A stretch of 31,104 nucleotides of DNA, taken from assembly GCA_013265495.1 (NCBI GenBank), contig PNXW01004556.1:62001-93104 (forward strand). Direction: 5' to 3'. This stretch comes from Vicugna vicugna. Its lineage: Eukaryota. A program made the position numbers and the translations under genes. The notes below the pieces were generated by a model. The model did not search any database and was not told the origin of the DNA. It saw only the letters and a list, made by a program, of their open reading frames with translations. Positions within the stretch are counted from its first letter, which is position 1, and the number at the start of each line of letters is the position of its first letter. Positions 11,651 through 23,398 of this stretch are shown in pieces.

Positions 11651-12294
11651 TAGGGCATGAGTGTTTATTTCAAGATGAGGGTGACAGTGTGTACACCACT
11701 TCATGAAACACTCCAAGGAAACAGAAAAACAGTAATTTTGTACAAAATACAAACCAGCTAACCTACATGGAGAAACTTAAATGGATCATTTTAAATTTCA
11801 TTGCACAGAATATAAAGTCATGAAGAATAATAAGGCAATATTAGAATAAGAATCTCTCTCTGTCTCCCCTCCCTTAATATTGAGTAGACTATCTTCTTCA
11901 AAATGTATCACAAAATGCTCCTAATGAAAACAAAATTGAATGTCATATTTTTAACATACCTTTGCACTAACTTCCTGAGTGATCGGGGAGTTGAGTGTTC
12001 CAATCTCAACTTTTTTCCCGCCTTTTTAAAAAATCTACTAAAGATTAAAAACAAACAAACAAATGAACAAAAACCCTGGCAATGCTTGTCTTTGCCTTAC
12101 CAAGCTATCAGTGTAAAATTGCATTTAATAGAACGTATGTATCTGAAACACTCAATGGATTATTAAGCTTATATATTTGCCTTTACTTTAGATTTTGTAC
12201 ACTTCAACTGCTAAGAGCTGATTCACATTTTCATTCAAGGCAAGTATTTATAGTTCCTAAGAACTTGAGCCTAAGGGAAACATAAAAAAGCCTA

Positions 12295-12701
12295 TGTGAG
12301 GAACCAGTCGCAGCTCTAACAGATAAACTTTGAATTCTCAGTAATTCAGCACAATGGTTTATTGCTGGCTCGGCCACACTCTGATGTGAGTCAGCTGGGG
12401 CTCTCCTCATCTGATGATCCGGGAATCGAATCTCCCTCCATCTTGTGACACTTTCATGTCAACAGTGACTTCCAAGATTGCCATGAGTAAGAGGGAGTGT
12501 GGAGCTGGCATGTCAGCTCTGAACTGTCTTAACCCGAAAGTTATACCCATCACTCCCACTCACCGTTTGTTGGTTAGACAGCAGCACCCCCTTGCCCCAC
12601 ACCCTTGCCTAGCTGGAATGGGGCTGGGAATGATCATCTCTCACGGGGCCAGGACAGAGGAAATACCTGGACATTGGAGAGCACCAGTAGTCCCTCCCAC
12701 A
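12295..12701 (-). mobile_element. MaLR solo LTR (old MLT1J/K/L-type)
   Basis: Antisense AATAAA (ggtttattgct ~12356), ccatcttgtg, and catcactcccactcaccgtttgttggttaga motifs; ends ctcccaca. Confidence 0.7.
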
Positions 12702-12808
12702 AGTGATAAAGCCATAATGCTTCATACTCAGTATAGCAGATTGTACAAGGAATTCCAGCATGGATTTTAACAACCTTGAAACAACCACCTGTCTCTGAGT
12801 CATACATC

Positions 12809-13024
12809 TGTTGGGGAGGGGAAATTTCCCCCACAGCCCTTCTTGAGATCTATTAGCTGGACTACGAATAAAATTGACATAAGACAGATTAACAGGAGAA
12901 AAAGAAACACATCTAATTCCTGCATATAAAGGTCTCACAGAAATGGGACCTAAGAAGGTGAAAGCAGGCAGCTTTTATATATTTTAGATGAAACCATAAA
13001 TTTGTGAGAAAATGACAGGACCAA

Positions 13025-13055
<31 letters not shown>

Positions 13056-13369
13056 CGGTTTTGAGTGCCCAATTAGTGACCCTAAACCTAAACAGAGTTT
13101 GGGCTTGGGGTAGTAAATTAAAGAAGTAACAAGGTTTGTTTGTATATGCTTCTCAGCTCAGATTCCCATCTTTGGCAATAAAGGTGATCCACCTCCTGAT
13201 ACAGCAAGTGCACTTTTCACATGAGAGGTTTATTTCCTGCTTTGAGGGAGACAGAAAGGAGGGTCAGAGTATCCCTCTTGCACTGGCCATTTCTTAAGTA
13301 ATTTTAATTCAAAATAATCAATATGCCAACTGAGGCACATTTCGGGACTGTCTACCCTAGACCCCAATA
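12809..13369 (-). mobile_element. ERV1-class solo LTR (MER34/LTR39-like)
   Basis: tgttgggg...ccccaata imperfect terminal inverted repeat. 4-bp TSD catc/gatc (1 mismatch). Minus-strand TATA (cttttatat 12972-12980). Hallmark aaattgacataagacagattaacaggagaaaa and ttcaaaataatcaatatgcca motifs. Internal (CAAA)n at ~13022-13056. Confidence 0.82.
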
Positions 13370-14329
13370 GATCTTTTTAAAAGAAATAATAATAATATAA
13401 AATTAATGCACAAAAAGATCTTAAATAAAACGGTCAGTTTCTTGAGTGTCACCCAGACATAAATAGTTCACAAAAAAAATGCTAAACATATAATTTTATT
13501 GACCTGAAATTACAGGAAACTGTATCCCCTATCAAGAAAGTCATGAAATATGATCAAATATGTCTTAGGTAAAACAGAACTCAAATAAACCTGTTTCCTT
13601 TGATATATTTCTTTACTTCTAGCTGAAGATTCTCAGTTTCCACTGGCATATTTTATTGTTCTGGCCCCAAGATTTTCTTTTCTAAAATAACTTAACTGAA
13701 TATTGTAGACCTTCTTAGCAGGCACTGGCTTTCACCTGGTGTTATTTGGAGATCCAGAACTGTTGGCCACCAACTTGAATTAAAGTATGTTACACTGTGT
13801 GCTTCTACCACATTTTTTTTTTATCTGGCTTTTTTCTTAGAGAAATATTTAGGTTGGGTCTTGAAAACATGCAATACTTTGGGATGCCTTGGCCTTCATA
13901 AATCTGATTTTGTAAACTTTTTATTGCATGGCTGTCTTCTGAATTTATATGTGGCACAAGGGAGTAACATTTTATTCTAAAAGGCACTTTCAGAACCCTC
14001 TTTGGTTTGTAATACAAAAGATTTCTAGTACCTTTCGAGTAATAGAATGGGAAGATTTCCAAAATCTTCCTTTAAAAAAAACATAATCTATACATTTGGG
14101 GGTCTTGGTCAGGCTACTCTAATTCAGTTTTGACAAATTCATCCAATAATCACTCTGGATTAGTGATTTCCTGATTCACCCTTGAGCCAATACTGCCCAG
14201 GTTTTCCATTGCAGCTGATGAGGAGATATGGCTCAATTCCACAGCTGATTTGTACACAGAATATCCATATTTTTATTTGCAACTTTTCCTAGGAAATAGT
14301 TTTTTTTAGGAAGTCTAAGTAGCTGTTTA

Positions 14330-16150
14330 TATGTGGCTGATATTTCAGGGTCATTTTCTTTTAGTGTTTTTATCCATTAACATTCTTTTCATAATGAATA
14401 TGCCTGATCTGCTTCTGCTTCTGCTTTAGGTTACTTATTGGTGTTAGTGTTGTCTCTTTGCTGTTTTCTTTTTAATACCCCTTTCACTATATGGACTATG
14501 TTTCCTTTGACTTTGTTTCCTCTAGTGATCTGAAAGTCCTGTACTCTGTTGTTGATTTTCTAGTGGCTACTTCTATGTTTTCAAAAATTTGAAACTATTC
14601 TTCTTATCACTGTCAATGCCAAGAATAAAACTGTGTTTGCTGGCTACCTCTATGAAAGATTAATATTTTAGCATGCATTTTTAATTTTGCTTTCCTTTCT
14701 CTCACTCTCCCAGTTTTAAAAAGTATATATATTTTTTTCTGAGGTAAAACCATTGTTTGAGAGGCTTGGTAGAGGGATCAAAGAGCTGGGAGGACAGTGA
14801 GATCTAAAATCCTCAGCCTGGCTGGGATGTCCCCAAGCCTCACAGTCACAGAAAGCTACATATGGGGCTTTAACTCATGTTTTCATGCTGTGTCTCTTCT
14901 CCTTTAGGAGCTATTTTTAACATTTGTGTTAAAGGTTATAGTAGTAGTATTAAGCCTTAATTTTTATTCAACATTTATATTGAGCTTTATAATAATATTA
15001 AACAATTATTAAGTCTTAATTTTTATTTAAATTATTGCAGTGTTAGCCATCATCTTTTTAGTCAGCAACTGTCCTTTTCTGGGGCTACTCTGAGCTGTTT
15101 CTCTCCAACTGGACAATGTCTTTGGTGTTGCTGATGCTGGGGTTATTTTCAAGGAAGTTATGGTTGATATATTTTCTGAGCTCTTATATTCCTGAGATAG
15201 TCTTTCTGTTGCCTTAACACATTACTAATAACTTAGGCAGACAATTCCAGACAATAAGGTTTCTCCTTCCATAGTTTTATAAATATGGCTCCTTTATTTT
15301 CTGGAATTATAATAGGAAAAGACTTACGAGACTAGCCTAATTGTTTTTCTGTAGGCCAAATGTGTATCTTCTTGTATGGCTGGTAGAATTCTTTCTTAAC
15401 TCTTGAAATAAGAAAAAAAAAATATATATATATAATAATATCTCTAAGCACATAGTCCTCTCTCACATACATTGATTTTTGCTTATTATAAGCAGCCCTA
15501 GATGTTTACTCAATTCAGGAACATTTTTCTTCTATGCCTAAAGTCATACCTTCTGTTCAAATTATTTAATTCTCCTGTTCAAGAACTCTAATTTCCTCAT
15601 TATTTTTATTTTGTTTGTCCTTTTCCTTTTCATTCTGGAACAAATTCTAAAGCTGGTTCATTCATTTCTAATTTGCTTTTCTGCAATTTATTGACTCTAA
15701 TGCTGGATTTACTTCTGTTACCACACTTTTAACTCCTTCAAAACTGTTTCTCATCTCAATCAACTCAGTCAGCAATAGCATTCATGCCCCCTCCTTTTTT
15801 AGGGGGCTAATTTTTTTTTTTAATTTCAGCTTGTATTCCTTTGATCTCATCTTTTTTCTGTTTCACAGAGTTGATGTTATACTGAAGAGTTTTTAAACTG
15901 TTCCAAAGCAACTGTGCTATAAAATTTATTTCTGGAGACTACAGTAAGTCTTTTTTCTTTCAAAACTATCTTCTGCTGCTCTTTGAGCATTTCCTCCACC
16001 TTTTATAATATACAGTCATAATTCATTGGCTCTAAGTTAATATTTTTTTCTATTTACTCATCCTTTAATGTGGAAAGATTTTCTCAGGCTAAGTTTTACT
16101 GTAAATGCCATATTTTTAAAACTTGGTTTCCCTCACTGTCCACATAATTG
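14330..16150 (-). mobile_element. Highly degraded ancient L1 (inter-ORF/ORF1 region), with a probable MIR fragment at ~14730-14900
   Basis: T-rich antisense L1-like motifs (ttctagtggctac; attttctgagctcttatattcctgagatagtcttt; aattcaggaacatttttct). Boundaries approximate. Confidence 0.55.
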
Positions 16151-16170
16151 CTGATAAGATTTTCATTTCT

Positions 16171-16315
16171 TTTATTTATTTATTTATGTTTTTTCTGGGG
16201 GGAGTGGGGAGGTAATTCAGTTTACTTATTTTTAGAGGGGGTACTGGGGATTGAACCCAGGACTTTGTACATGCTAAGCATGTGCTCTGCCACTTGAGCT
16301 ATACCTTCCCCTCAC
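16171..16315 (-). mobile_element. tRNA-Ala-derived SINE (camelid Vic-1-type)
   Basis: Minus strand reads ggggaaggtatagctcaagtggcagagcacatgcttAGCatgtacaaagtcctgggttcaatccccagtacc: A box, AGC anticodon loop, B box, then an A-rich tail. 16-bp TSD taagattttcatttct (16155-16170) / taagattcacatttct (16316-16331), 14/16 identical. Confidence 0.92.
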
Positions 16316-17329
16316 TAAGATTCACATTTCTGATCTTCAGATCAAGTCTTATTAGATATTAATTCTTTCTAGCCTTTTTTTTAAATTTATTTTTTTTTTA
16401 GTGTTTTGAAGTCTTTCATTTGGTGTGAATATATTGCCAGGAGGAGACACCTAGTCCTACTGCCTATTTATCTTTTTTTATCACGAAAATGGTTTCTATG
16501 TAGTCAGACATTCTTTCTAGTTCTTTACTTACCTGACCCAGTGAATGATAGGATTGTTTGCTACACAGTAACTTCTCAGTAGACCGTTCCTCCAGTGTTC
16601 AACAGAACTCCCAGGATGTCCCACAACTCTATCAGGCTCAACTCCTTCCAGCTGCCAACCTGACCCTCTTAGATGTAAGCACTCCTAGTCACATAGCATT
16701 GTGGGTAATAATAGTCCCAGAATTGGTGCAAGAAAACAGGAAAGATGTAGCAAAATGGCTCCAGTTATTCTAGAATTTAGATCTATGCTGGCTTCTCTTT
16801 CTCCCATAGGAATGCTCCATGTTTTCAAGGGAAGGGTTTGTGCTAGACATAGCTTTATAGAACGTCCTATCACCTTTCTCCTTTTTCCTGTTTCCAAGGG
16901 TCTTCAGAAATTTGGCTAATAGAAATTTCTTTTCTTTCCTGGCATGTCACTGAGGGAAGACTTTCTTAGAGTTGAATTTTTAAATAAAAAATTTTAAATG
17001 AAAAGATAATGCAACAAACAATTATTTAGATTTAACTGGGTTCAATACTTACCAGTGGATCTTTTATAACACACCTTCCCCATCTGAATTCTTTACTTTG
17101 ATTTGTGCTTCAGCTGGCCTAAGTATTTAATATTTTAAATGATGTAACTAGGGAAGGCATATTGTTTGGGGTCTGCTTTCTGAATCCTTACAGGTCTAGA
17201 ATTAGTTAGTATCTAAGCTGGACTGGAAATCAGGTCTCCTGTTCCTTGGCTTTTCCAACCAAATTAGCTGCTTGATATAGCCAAACAAATAAAAAATTAC
17301 TAATAAAAAATTGTTTTATCAGCTGATGG

Positions 17330-17540
17330 TTATTTTAAGAGCAGAAAGAGATAATATGTCTGAAGCACTTAGTATAACACCCTTAGAGGTGCAGTTGCTA
17401 TCTCTATTTTACAAATGAAGAAACTGATGCTCTGAGATTGACATAACTTGCCAGAATTGACAAAGCTGGTCAGATGCAGAACCAGGACTGGGACATGGGA
17501 CCATCTGAATTCAGAGCAGAGGCTCAACTCTCACTAAATT
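17330..17540 (-). mobile_element. MIR SINE (main copy ~17376-17540, preceded by an opposite-orientation MIR remnant)
   Basis: Core motif ctattttacaaatgaagaaactgatgctctgaga..aacttgcc..aagctggtcagatgcagaaccaggactgg. Confidence 0.85.
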
Positions 17541-18155
17541 GCCACATATTGAGCATCTCACAGACCACAAGTTCTTCTTTTCAGTTCTGCTATCCTCTGC
17601 TATCCTCTGGCATGCTAATTTGAGGAACACTCAGCTTCAGGACTCAGCTGCCAAATTAAATTATGTTGCAGTCAGCTGTCTTCCTGTGTTGCTCAACAGG
17701 CATTTCAACAAAAATTAATAGATGAAAATATGTGACACTCACCCAAAGCTGACACAAACAACTTTTACCCCTGCTGTTAAAAACTAAGAGATTCTAAGTT
17801 TAGAGCTTTGCTTGATGCCTGGGTTAGAGACTCCCTCTTAGAACTATTTCCTTTTTTTTTCCTATTGATCTAATTAAGTATTTATTTTATCTTTAAAAAT
17901 AGCTGTCCTTTTGCTACTTCTTATAGTAATCCCTTTTGTTAAGTCAGACCCTGGGAATACACAGTATGCATACTCTACCCAGGAAAAGGGTAGAGAGTAA
18001 AAGAGAGTTAGGAAAACTTGGAAATCTCTCCATGTCTACTTTGTCTAATCAAAATTATACTGATTCAGTAGTTATCTGGAATAATGCTTTCCCCATAAAT
18101 GCCTAGGCCTTTACCCACCTGAGGATCTCAAAGACATTAACTTAAAGTGAATTAG

Positions 18156-19869
18156 TAATACTGAAGAAAAAAGAATGAAGCTGGAGGAATAACCCTCCCA
18201 GGCTTCAGACAATACTACAGAGCTACAGTAATCAAAACAGCATGGTACTAGCACAAAAACAGACAATGAAACAGAAGAGAGAGCCCAGAAATAAACCCAC
18301 AGACCTACTGTCAATTAATCTTCAACAAAAGGAGCAAGAATGGAGAATGGAGAAAAGTCTCTTCAGCAAGTAGTGTTGGGAAAACTGGACAGCCGCATGT
18401 AAATCAATGAAATTAGAACACTCCTTCACACCATATACAAACTCAAAAAGGCTTGAAGTCTTAAATATAAGACAAGACATGATAAAACTCTTCTCTGACA
18501 TAAATCTTAGCAATGTTCTCCTAGAGTAGTCTATCCAGGCAATAGAAATAAAAGCAAAAATTAACAAATTGGACCTAATTAAACTTACAAGCTTTTACCC
18601 AGCAAAAGAAACTATAAGCAAAAAAGAAAAAAAATGACAATCTCTGGAATGGGAGAAAATATTCGCAAATGATGCAACTGACAAAGGTTTAATTTCCAGG
18701 ATATATAAACAGCTCATAAAGATTAATAACAAAAAAAGAAACAACCCAATACAAAAATTGACAGAGGACCTAAACAAGCAATTCTCCAGTGAAGGCATGC
18801 AAATGGCCAATAGGCAAATGAAAAAATGCTCAATATCACTAATTATCAGAGAAATGCAAATCAAAACTATAGTTAGGTATCACCTCACACCAGTCAGAAT
18901 CGCCATCATTCAAAAGTCCACAAATGACAAATGCTGGAGAGAGTGTGGAGAAAAAGGAACCCTCCTACACTGTTGGTAGGAAAGCAGTTTGGTGCAGCCA
19001 CTGTGGAAAACAGTATGGAGATTCCTCAAAAAACTGAAAATAGATTTACCATATGACCCAGCAGTCCCACTCCTGGGTATATATCCAGAGAGAACTCTAA
19101 TTTAAAAAGATACATGCACCCCAATGTTCTTAGCAGCACTATTTACAATAGCCAAGATATGAAACATCTTTAATGTCCAACAATAGATGACTGGATTAAA
19201 AAGTTGTGGTATATTTTTACAATGGAAAATTACTCAGCCATTAAAAAAAAATAAAAAGATACATGCACCCCAATGTTCTTAGCAGCACTATTTACAATAG
19301 CCAAGATATGAAACATCTTTAATGTCCAACAATAGATGACTGGATTAAAAAGTTGTGGTATATTTTTACAATGGAAAATTACTCAGCCATTATAAAGAAG
19401 GAATATAATAATGCCATTTGCAGCAACATGGATGGGCCTGGAGATTGTCATTCTAAGTGAAGTAAGACAGAGAAAGTGTATCATGTCACTCATATGTGGA
19501 ATCAAAAAAAGAAAAAAGAAAAAAGACACTAATGAACTAATCTTTAAAACAAAAACAGACTTGCAGACATAATAAACAATCTTATAGTTACCAGGGGGAA
19601 AGCGGGTAGGAAGGGATAAATTTGGGAGTACAAGATTTGCAAATATTTACTAAATAGAAAAATAGATAAAATACAAATTTCTTCTGTATAGCACAAGGAA
19701 CTATATTCAATATCTTATAATAACCGTTAATTAAAAAGAATATGAAAACAAATATATGCATGTTATATGTATGACTGGAACATTATGTTATACACCAGAG
19801 GTTGACACACTGTAACTGACTATACTTCAATAGAAAATTTAAAAAGAAGACTCAACAACATGAAAAAAA
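18156..19869 (+). mobile_element. 5'-truncated L1 (3' part of ORF2, 3'UTR, A tail)
   Basis: ORF 18758-18979 ([53 protein letters not shown]). Perfect 12-bp TSD aaagtgaattag at 18144-18155 and 19870-19881, with a TT/AAAG endonuclease-type site. Confidence 0.96.
19103..19392. repeat. Perfect 141-bp tandem duplication inside the L1
   Basis: 19103-19243 equals 19252-19392 base for base by manual comparison, separated by an A run. Confidence 0.95.
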
Positions 19870-19884
19870 AAAGTGAATTAGATC

Positions 19885-20075
19885 CCAAAGTAGTGAGAAG
19901 TGTTGGAGAACCAACCTGAGTCCTAGTTAGAACCTGCTATTTTCTGTCTTCAACTATCTCTATGATCTTCGATAAATGCTCAACATAGCTAGGTCTCCAT
20001 TTTAGATTTAGACATAACTCATAAGGTTATAATGAGAATTGTATAAATCGATATGTACTTATGCTCATGGTTGAG
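19885..20075 (+). mobile_element. MIR SINE, degraded
   Basis: acctgagtcctagt..tatgatcttcgataaatgctcaac..ctcataaggttataatgagaatt motifs. Confidence 0.6.
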
Positions 20076-21224
20076 AAACCAGCTCTGAACTAAAAGCTCA
20101 TTTCCATGGGAACTTGGACTCAGAATGCTCTTACTTCCTGTCTCTAGGTAGAAACACCAGAAATTGCTTCCCTGTTGTGAATTCGCTCTCAATAATTCTC
20201 TCTCAATAATTCCCACATCTTCCTGATGACAGTCAGTAACCAGAACTGAGAGAACAAAATGAAATATTTAAATTTTTCACCTCTTAAATTATCAACCTTT
20301 TCCTGTATAAAATTAATATATTCATAAATTTTCCTTTTTTTTTTTTTTTGGAGGGACAGTTTCGCTTCAGTGTGAGGGCAGTGCATCCCTGTGCCTGTGC
20401 CCTAGGGTGGGGTGGGGCTTCCCATTGATGCCACTTGGCATGGTCCTGGCCCAGGGCAGTTTGGGAGCTGCCTGGGCTACTTATCTGCCCTTTTAAGGCA
20501 GTGCTGGACATGGACAGGTGGGGAACCAGGTGAGTGTAGCCCTCCTTTGCTGGCTCTCACCAGTTCCTTCTCTGATCCCACTAAAGTCAGACTCTTGTCT
20601 TAGTAGGTCCTTTCCTCACCTGAGTCCTTTCAGTTGGGAGAGTGAGGAGGAGAAATGTGGGTACCTAATTAAGTAGCCATGTGACCCTTGCTTCCATGGA
20701 TGGATGAGGGAAGTACAGTGAGCAGGTGGTACAAAGGGAAAGGAAGGAAAGGTGACTTGTTCAGACTTGGTGGAGTGGGGTCTAGACTTCCTCTGTGTCT
20801 CAGTTACCAGTTCCAAGTTAGCATCCTTTCCTCCTTTGCTTTCTTTCCCAATACTTCCCCAACCGCCATTCTACCACCACCACAAACTTGAATAACAGCT
20901 GAGGTGCCAATCCCTTCCAGCTTCTTTTTCTAGTCGCCATTGATCCAGGGCAGTGGCTGGGATGCACTGGAGAGATGAGTCCCTTGAGAGATGGATGGAG
21001 CAACCAGCCCCCCACCCCCACCACGAGAGAGAGAGGTGTCAACTTCACCCTGTGGACTCACAAAGGCTTTCTCATTTTCTTATTCAACTTAATAGAAATG
21101 CAATGTATGCTTACGAGTGCATTATCTCTTTACGTCCTCAAACTAAACATGAATGAACATAACAAAATACAATATAAAAATACAAATTAGAACAGAGGTT
21201 GGCAAACTTTCTGGAAAAGGTCAA

Positions 21225-22225
21225 TGTATAAGTTTCCTAGTTTTTAACAATTTACCACCAACTGGGTGGCTTAAGACAACAGAATATTATTTTCTCACAG
21301 TTCTGGGAATCAGAAGGGCAAAATCAAAACATTAGCAGATCTGTATTTCCTCCAAAGATTCTAGGAGAAAATCCTTACTTGCCTCTTCCAGCTTCTGGCG
21401 GTTCCAAGAATTTCTTGGTTTATAACTATGTAATTTTAATTTCTGCTTCCACTGTTACATGGCTTTCTCCTCTGTGTCTGTGTGTGTCATCCCCTCTTCT
21501 GTCTCTTACAAGAACACTTGTCATTGGATTTGAGGACAACCCTGATAAATCTAGAATGATCTCATCTCAAGACCCTTATTTTTTTCAAGCTAATTGATTT
21601 TTTTTCTAGTATTTTTTTATTGAGGTATAGTCAGTTTACAATGTTTTGTCAATTTCTGGTGTACAGCAGAATGAATACATATATTCATCTTCATATTCTT
21701 TTTCACCATAAGCTACTACAAGATATTGGATATAATTCCCTGTGCTATATAGTATAAACTTGTTTATCTATTTTATATATATTAGTCAGTATCTGCAGAT
21801 CTCGAACTGCCAGTTTATCCCTTCCACCCCTTTCCCCTCTGGTAACCATAAGTTTGTTTTCTATGTCTGTGAGTCTGTTTCTTTTTTGTAAATAAGTTCA
21901 TTTGTCTTTTTTTTTTAGATTCCATATGTAAGTGACATCATAAGGTATTTGTCTTTCCCTTTCTGGCTTACTTCACTTAGAATGGCATTCTCCAGGACCA
22001 TCCATTTTGCTGCAAATGGCATTATTTTATCATTTTTATGGCTGAGTAGTATTCCATTGCATAAATATACCACAATTTCTTATCCAGTCATCTGTTGATG
22101 GACATTTAGGTTGTTTCCATGTCTTGGCTACTGTTAATTTTATCTGCAAAGACTCCTTTTTCAAATCAGGTAACATTCACAGGGCTGGATATCTTTTTTG
22201 GGGGACCACCATTTAACCCATTACA
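21225..22225 (-). mobile_element. MaLR solo LTR, MLT1B/C-like, inserted in MER58 and itself split by an L1
   Basis: tgtata...cccattaca bounds. Motifs accacaactgggtggcttaagacaacaga, cttgcctcttccagcttctgg and atctgcaaagactc. 5-bp TSD gtcaa (21220-21224) / gtcag (22226-22230). Confidence 0.9.
21598..22134 (-). mobile_element. 5'-truncated young L1 (3'UTR and ORF2 end)
   Basis: T-tract, then ttgaggtatagtcagtttacaatg. 21746-22134 aligns by eye with 1-390. The left boundary is ambiguous (21579-21598). Confidence 0.93.
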
Positions 22226-23169
22226 GTCAGATAGTGAGTATTTTAGGCTTTATGGGCCATAAATGTTGCAACTACCTTATGTCTCAACTACTCAACTCTT
22301 CCATTGCAGCATGAATACAGTCATATACAATCTATAAATAAGTATGGTTGTATTCCAGGAGAATTTAATTTATGGACACAGATTTGAATGCCATAGAAAT
22401 TTCACATTACAAAATATTCTCCTTTTTATTTTCTATCAGGCATTTAAAAATGTAAAACCCGTTCTTTGCCCATAGGCCATTTAAAAAGAACAGACAGCAC
22501 GCCAGATTTAGCTTATAGGCTATAATTTGATGATCTTGAGTTAGAATTATAGAATATATTTTAAATCACCTTGACTTGTTTTTGGAGGTCTCCAGTAATC
22601 ATATTATCTCTTCTCTGTCTTTATTATTCTAAAGGTTTCTGTGTCTTTTGACACAATTTGTGACTGCTCTTCTTTTCAAAGCTCTTTCTCCAGCCATGTG
22701 ACTATGATAACATTTAAATGTGGCTTCACACGAGATATGATAAGGGAGGGTAACGTGATTTTCTAAGGCAGGAAGGTGATGGTCTTGACCTTATCTATGT
22801 GTATTGGAGCTATGTGACCCAAAAGAACAGGATATGGTGACCTCTAAGAAAGGAGTAGAACCTTCCACAAATGAGCTGGGCTAGACATTTTTTGTTGTTG
22901 GGGGGGTGAAAAAGATGTTTATTCAGGCTTGATCCCTTGATACAGCCATACATGTAAATATATATAATTAAAATTCAGAAAAATAATAATCAGGTTGGTG
23001 TGACCTCCCTTCTTCCCCTTAAGCACAGCCTTCCCAACTGGCACCATTCCTGGGTGCTACTTTCAAAATCCTGGAGTGGGGAATACAGGGGTCACTTCTT
23101 GGCAGCTTTTGCCTGGGCTGCCAAGTCTGTGTTGTGTTGATGGGGATGGGAGATAAATGGAGCTAATAA

Positions 23170-23300
23170 CACTAGACAGAGACAGAGAGAGGAGAGAAAA
23201 GGGAAAGAAGGGTGTGTAAGCAAAAAGAAAGGGAGATGGGGGGAGGGAAGGGAAAAGAAGGGAAAGACAGAAAGACGAAATGAAGGTAGAAGAGGAAGTT
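23170..23300. repeat. GA-rich low-complexity polypurine tract
   Basis: agagacagagagaggagagaaaagggaaagaaggg..gggaagggaaaagaagggaaagacagaaag. Confidence 0.8.
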
Positions 23301-23398
23301 AAAGCCAAATGAGGTTTGTCAGGCCATACCAGGAGAGAGGGCAATGAAAGACATCTTAGCACTGAGGAGAATTAAGATTTGTTAGGAACTGAAATCTG

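Larger units (their letters stand above)
21193..22538 (+). mobile_element. hAT-Charlie DNA transposon, MER58B-like, split (21193-21224 and 22226-22538)
   Basis: Left TIR cagaggttggcaaact, degraded right TIR aatttgatgatcttg. Internal gatagtgagtattttaggcttt..caactactcaactct..catttaaaaatgtaaaacc. 8-bp TSD aattagaa (21185-21192) / agttagaa (22539-22546). Confidence 0.88.

Noticed and set aside
14148..14168. Short inverted repeat aatcact-N7-agtgatt
   Set aside because: A 7-bp stem is expected by chance in 31 kb of AT-rich DNA.
16240..16312. tRNA-Ala gene
   Set aside because: It is followed by a SINE body and A-rich tail and flanked by TSDs, and the stems are mismatched. It is the SINE head.
20186..20212. 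13-bp direct repeat ctctcaataattc x2 (a similar 10-bp doublet occurs at ~17587-17606)
   Set aside because: Ordinary replication-slippage micro-duplications.
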